Of a stretch of DNA of 18,841 nucleotides, positions 15,438 to 18,841 are shown piece after piece (positions within the stretch are counted from its first letter, which is position 1; every line of letters begins with the position of its first letter). This DNA comes from Candidatus Sumerlaeia bacterium (GTDB taxonomy: Bacteria > Sumerlaeota > Sumerlaeia > SLMS01 > JANRJK01), in the NCBI GenBank assembly GCA_033764015.1, contig JANRJK010000054.1, positions 1-18,841 of the forward strand, in the 5' to 3' direction. The notes beneath the pieces were generated by a model. It was given only the letters and a program-made list of their open reading frames with translations, searched no databases and had not been told where the DNA came from. Both the position numbers and the translations under genes were made by a program.

Positions 15438-16918
15438 TCGCGCACGTGCGCGGGGCGCGGAGGCCGCTGGCGGGGGTGGTGCGCGCGCCCGGCTCGAAGA
15501 ACTACACCACGCGCTACCTGCTCGTCTCCGCGCTGGCGGAGGGCGGAAGCCGCGTGCTGCGGCCGGCGGTGCAGGACGACGCGGAGGCGCTGGTCCGCTG
15601 CCTCCGGCGGCTCGGCGCGGAAGTCGAGGCGTTCGACCCCTCCGGCTCGCCGCTCCCCTTCGCCATCGCGGAGGGCGCGCGCATCGAGGGCGTGCGCGTG
15701 CGCGGATTCGGGGGCGCGCCGCGGCTGGACGGGCCCGCGCCGCTCGATCCCGGAAACGCCGGCGCGGTGGCGCGCTTCCTCATGGGGACCTGCGCCTTGC
15801 TCGACACAGTCAAGTTCACGACGGGCCACGCGGATTCGCTCGGTAAGCGCCCGCAGCGCGACCTGCTCGAGGCGCTCGGGCGGCTCGGCGTCGCGTGGAC
15901 GGCGACGGGGCCGGGCGCCTGCCTGCCGCTCGAGCTGCGCGGAGGGCGCGCGGCGGTCGCCCGGGCGCTCGCGGAGCGCCGCGCCGCGCTCGGACTCGGC
16001 TCGGGCGGCTTCGTTCCCGTCGAGGTCTCCGGCGCGGTGAGCAGCCAGTTCGCGAGCTCGCTGCTGTTCCTCGCGCCGCTGCTCGACGACGACATCCGCA
16101 TCGAGGTCGCCGGCGACATCAAGTCGCGCCCGCTGATCCGCACCACGCGCGAGGTGCTCGCGGAGGCGGGCATCGAAGTGCGCTCCGCCGCGGACGAATC
16201 GTGGCACGAGGTGCGCCGCGGCCAGCGCTACCGCCCCCGCGAGTGGCGCGCTAACGGCGATTGGCCCGGCTCCTCCGCGCTTCTCGCCGCCGCGGTCGCG
16301 GTGCCCGGCTCGCGCGTCGCGGTCGAGGGCCTGCGGCGGGACGAGCAGGGCGAGCGGCACTGCTGCGCGTACTTCGGCGAGCTCGGCGCCCGCGTCGCCG
16401 AAGGGGATCCGGTCGCCCTCGATGCGCCCGCCGCGCCGCACGCGCGCGCCATCCGCGTGGACGGCGACCGCGCGACGGACGCGGTGCTCGCGATGATCGC
16501 CGCGGCGACGGCGCACGGCGGCGAAACGGTGTTCGAGGGGATCGCGAACCTGCAGTTCAAGGAGTGCGACCGCGTGCGCGAGCCGATCGCGGAGCTGCGC
16601 CGCGTCTACGCCACCGCGCTGCCGGACGGGGAGGGCGCGCGCCCGGACCCGGAGGCGTCGCTGCGCTGGGAGCCCGCGGACGCGCCGGAGCGCATCGCGG
16701 TGCGCGGCTGGCCCGCCGGCTTCGAGGGCGGCATCGACGTGGACGGCCGCGGGGACCACCGCGTGATCATGATGCTTTCCATCGTCGCCTTGCGGTGCCG
16801 GGCCGGCCTGCGGATCCGCGGCGCGGAGCACGTTTCGAAGAGTTTCCCCGGCTGGTTCGATTCGCTCGCGGCGCTCGGCGCCGACATCACATTCGAGGAG
16901 GAGCCGGCGCATGGCTGA
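15434..16918 (+). CDS. aroA: 3-phosphoshikimate 1-carboxyvinyltransferase (EPSP synthase)
   Basis: PGSKNYTTR, GNAGAVARF, SLGKRP, SSQFASSLL, GDWPGS, KECDR, DHR and VSKSFPGWF motifs; GTG start within the GTGA overlap at 15434-15437. Confidence 0.93.
   Translation: MIAHVRGARRPLAGVVRAPGSKNYTTRYLLVSALAEGGSRVLRPAVQDDAEALVRCLRRLGAEVEAFDPSGSPLPFAIAEGARIEGVRVRGFGGAPRLDGPAPLDPGNAGAVARFLMGTCALLDTVKFTTGHADSLGKRPQRDLLEALGRLGVAWTATGPGACLPLELRGGRAAVARALAERRAALGLGSGGFVPVEVSGAVSSQFASSLLFLAPLLDDDIRIEVAGDIKSRPLIRTTREVLAEAGIEVRSAADESWHEVRRGQRYRPREWRANGDWPGSSALLAAAVAVPGSRVAVEGLRRDEQGERHCCAYFGELGARVAEGDPVALDAPAAPHARAIRVDGDRATDAVLAMIAAATAHGGETVFEGIANLQFKECDRVREPIAELRRVYATALPDGEGARPDPEASLRWEPADAPERIAVRGWPAGFEGGIDVDGRGDHRVIMMLSIVALRCRAGLRIRGAEHVSKSFPGWFDSLAALGADITFEEEPAHG
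15800..15814. repeat. Palindromic motif copy 3: CTCGAC-ACA-GTCAAG
   Basis: One mismatch; codons CTC GAC ACA GTC AAG, with a rare ACA. Confidence 0.55.
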
Positions 16919-17792
16919 CGGCGCGCGGTTGATCGATGGCAAGGCCACCGCGGCGGCGGTGCGCGCGGAGCTGGCGGCGGAGATCGCGAAGCTGCCGCGG
17001 AAGCCGGGCCTCGGCGTGGTGCTCGTGGGCGACAACCCCGCGTCGCACGCCTACGTGCGCGGGAAGACCTCCGCCTGCGCGGAGGTCGGCATCCACGCGC
17101 CGCTGGTCCAACTCCCCGCGGACGCCACGCAGGCGCAGGCGCTGGCCGCGGTCGCCGCGTTCAACGCGGACCCCGCGATCGACGGCGTCCTGGTGCAGCT
17201 CCCGCTGCCGCGGCACCTCGACGAGGACGCCGTCGTCCAGTCGATCTCGCCGGAGAAGGACGTCGACGGGCTGCACGCGGCGAACGCGGGGCTGCTGGCG
17301 CTGGGTTCGCCGCGCTTCGTGCCGTGCACGCCGCTGGGCTGCCGCGAGCTGCTGCTGCGCGAAGGCATCGAGACGCGCGGGCGCCACGCCGTCGTGGTGG
17401 GTCGCAGCGCGCTCGTGGGGCGCCCGCTCGCGACGCTGCTGTCGCTGAAGGGCCCCGGCGGCGACGCGGCGGTGACGGTGGTGCATTCGGCGGTGCCGGA
17501 CCTGGCGGAGCACACGCGCCGCGCGGACATCCTGGTGGTCGCGATCGGGCGTCCGCGCTTCGTCACGGCGGACATGGTGAAGCCGGGCGCGCTGGTGCTC
17601 GACGTGGGCATCAACCGCATCGACGACGCCTCCGCGGCGAAGGGTTCGCGGCTGGTCGGCGACGTGGACTTCGACGCGGTGCGCGCCGTCGCCGGCGCGA
17701 TCACGCCGGTGCCCGGAGGCGTGGGCCCCATGACGGTGGCGATGCTGCTGTCGAACACGGTGGCGGGCTGCCGGCGCCGCGCGGGCGGCTGA
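16911..17792 (+). CDS. folD: Bifunctional methylene-THF dehydrogenase/methenyl-THF cyclohydrolase
   Basis: IDGK, LVGDNPAS..YVRGK, VQLPLP, EKDVDG, PCTP, VGRS..VGRP, DVGINR, GDVDF and TPVPGGVGPMT motifs; GAGGAGGAG RBS; 8-nt overlap with aroA. Confidence 0.97.
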   Translation: MADGARLIDGKATAAAVRAELAAEIAKLPRKPGLGVVLVGDNPASHAYVRGKTSACAEVGIHAPLVQLPADATQAQALAAVAAFNADPAIDGVLVQLPLPRHLDEDAVVQSISPEKDVDGLHAANAGLLALGSPRFVPCTPLGCRELLLREGIETRGRHAVVVGRSALVGRPLATLLSLKGPGGDAAVTVVHSAVPDLAEHTRRADILVVAIGRPRFVTADMVKPGALVLDVGINRIDDASAAKGSRLVGDVDFDAVRAVAGAITPVPGGVGPMTVAMLLSNTVAGCRRRAGG

Positions 17793-18841
17793 TGCTCCGG
17801 GCGTTCGCGACGCTGCTGCTCCGCGAGCTCCTGCGCCACCCCGCGCGGTCGCTCTCGCTGCTCTTCGCGTCGTGCGCGGCGGCCTTCGCGCTCACGGCCG
17901 CGCTGACGGCGGCGCTGCTGGTCTCCGGCGGCGTGGAGGACGCGATCTCGCGCCTGTTCCCCGAGCGCCGCGTCCTCGTGCGCGCGCGCCCCGTCGACAT
18001 CTCGTTCCTGCGCCTCGAGGCGGGCCGGCTCGACGACGCCGCGCTCGGGCGGCTCCGCGCGCAGCCCACCGTCGAGCGCGTGCTGCCGCAGCTTTCCGCC
18101 GCGTTCCCCGTCTCCGCGATCATCGAGATTCCCCCCGGGAGCGGCTCGGGCCTCGCGACCGACGCGATCCTGCACGGCGCGCCGCGGGAGCTGCTCGAGG
18201 GCGAGCTGGCGAAGGGGCGCCGTTTCGACGGCGCCATGGGCGAGCCCTACCCGGTCGTGGTCTCGGCGTTCTTCCTCGACCTGTTCAACCTCGGGCTCGC
18301 GGAAGCGTCGGGCCTTCCGAAGCTGAGCCCCGCGGCTGTGGTCGGGCGCGAGTTCGACCTGGTGCTGGGCAGTTCCACGCTGGCGCCGTCGAGCGGCTCC
18401 GCGCGCCCGCGCACGGTGCGCTGCCGCGTCGCGGGCCTGACGGCGCAGCCCGCGCTGGTGGGGCTGACGGTGCCGCTCGAGACGCTCGCGGCGTGGAACG
18501 CGGAGTTCGCCCCGGGGCGCCCTGCGCTCTACGCGGCGCTGCACGCGGACGCCCGGTCGGCGGCGGAGCTGGAGGCGTTGCTTGACTTTGTCAACGAAGC
18601 GGGTTTTCGGGGCGAGGCGGCGCTCGGGACGGCGGAGCGGGCGCGCTCGGTCGCGCAGGGGATGCTCGCGCTGGCGTGGCTCGGGGCGGGGCTGGTGGGC
18701 GCGCTGGCGGCGGCGGCGGTGCACGGCGCGGCGGCGGGGGCGCTGCGCGAGCGGCGCGGCTCCTGGGGCATGATGCGGGCGCTGGGCGCCGGGCGCGCGC
18801 GGGTGGCGCTGCTGGCGGCGTCGTCGACGGTGTCGCTGTGC
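17792..18841 (+). CDS. FtsX/MacB-like ABC permease (partial, runs off the window; not in the ORF track)
   Basis: TGATG overlap with folD. Open frame MLRAFATLLLRELLRHPARSLSLL, then a TM, a large periplasmic domain (LAKGRRF, PVVVS), a TM and ERRGSWGMMRALGA, which matches the ER..E.G..RALGA FtsX motif. Confidence 0.82.
   Translation, partial: MLRAFATLLLRELLRHPARSLSLLFASCAAAFALTAALTAALLVSGGVEDAISRLFPERRVLVRARPVDISFLRLEAGRLDDAALGRLRAQPTVERVLPQLSAAFPVSAIIEIPPGSGSGLATDAILHGAPRELLEGELAKGRRFDGAMGEPYPVVVSAFFLDLFNLGLAEASGLPKLSPAAVVGREFDLVLGSSTLAPSSGSARPRTVRCRVAGLTAQPALVGLTVPLETLAAWNAEFAPGRPALYAALHADARSAAELEALLDFVNEAGFRGEAALGTAERARSVAQGMLALAWLGAGLVGALAAAAVHGAAAGALRERRGSWGMMRALGAGRARVALLAASSTVSLC
18581..18595. 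repeat. Palindromic motif copy 4: CTTGAC-TTT-GTCAAC
   Basis: Perfect TTGAC-N3-GTCAA core; codons CTT GAC TTT GTC AAC. Confidence 0.85.

Noticed and set aside
17872..18585. 237-aa ORF as the gene downstream of folD
   Set aside because: Wrong frame; the frame starting at ATG 17792 encodes a coherent FtsX-like permease.
13826..18595. Reading the palindromes as FNR/CRP boxes, parS sites, CRISPR repeats or terminators
   Set aside because: FNR-type sites have a 4-nt spacer and sit at promoters; the parS consensus (TGTTTCACGTGAAACA) differs; the spacing is irregular and kb-scale, and all copies are intragenic without U-tracts.

Overview
Very GC-rich bacterial chromosomal segment, densely coding and mostly housekeeping. 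No RNA gene, mobile element or CRISPR array is visible. Gene order: end of an upstream ORF; speA (+); a convergent minus-strand pair (double-FHA protein, then metallophosphoesterase); and a long + strand run of GT39/ArnT-like transferase, PAP2 phosphatase, double-receiver response regulator, YceI, small membrane protein, purine-nucleoside phosphorylase, GldA/GldF/GldG-like ABC system, DUF4340-like protein, aroA, folD and a truncated FtsX/MacB-like permease missing from the ORF track. The most unusual signal lies in the DNA itself. An AT-rich palindrome, TTGAC-N3-GTCAA, occurs four times (two perfect, two with one mismatch) inside coding sequences between 13.8 and 18.6 kb. Each copy uses codons that are rare here, and the layout resembles matS, suggesting a chromosome-organising protein binding site. 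The aroA carries Deinococcus-type (G10-like) active-site motifs. All family calls come from motif recognition; no database search was run.
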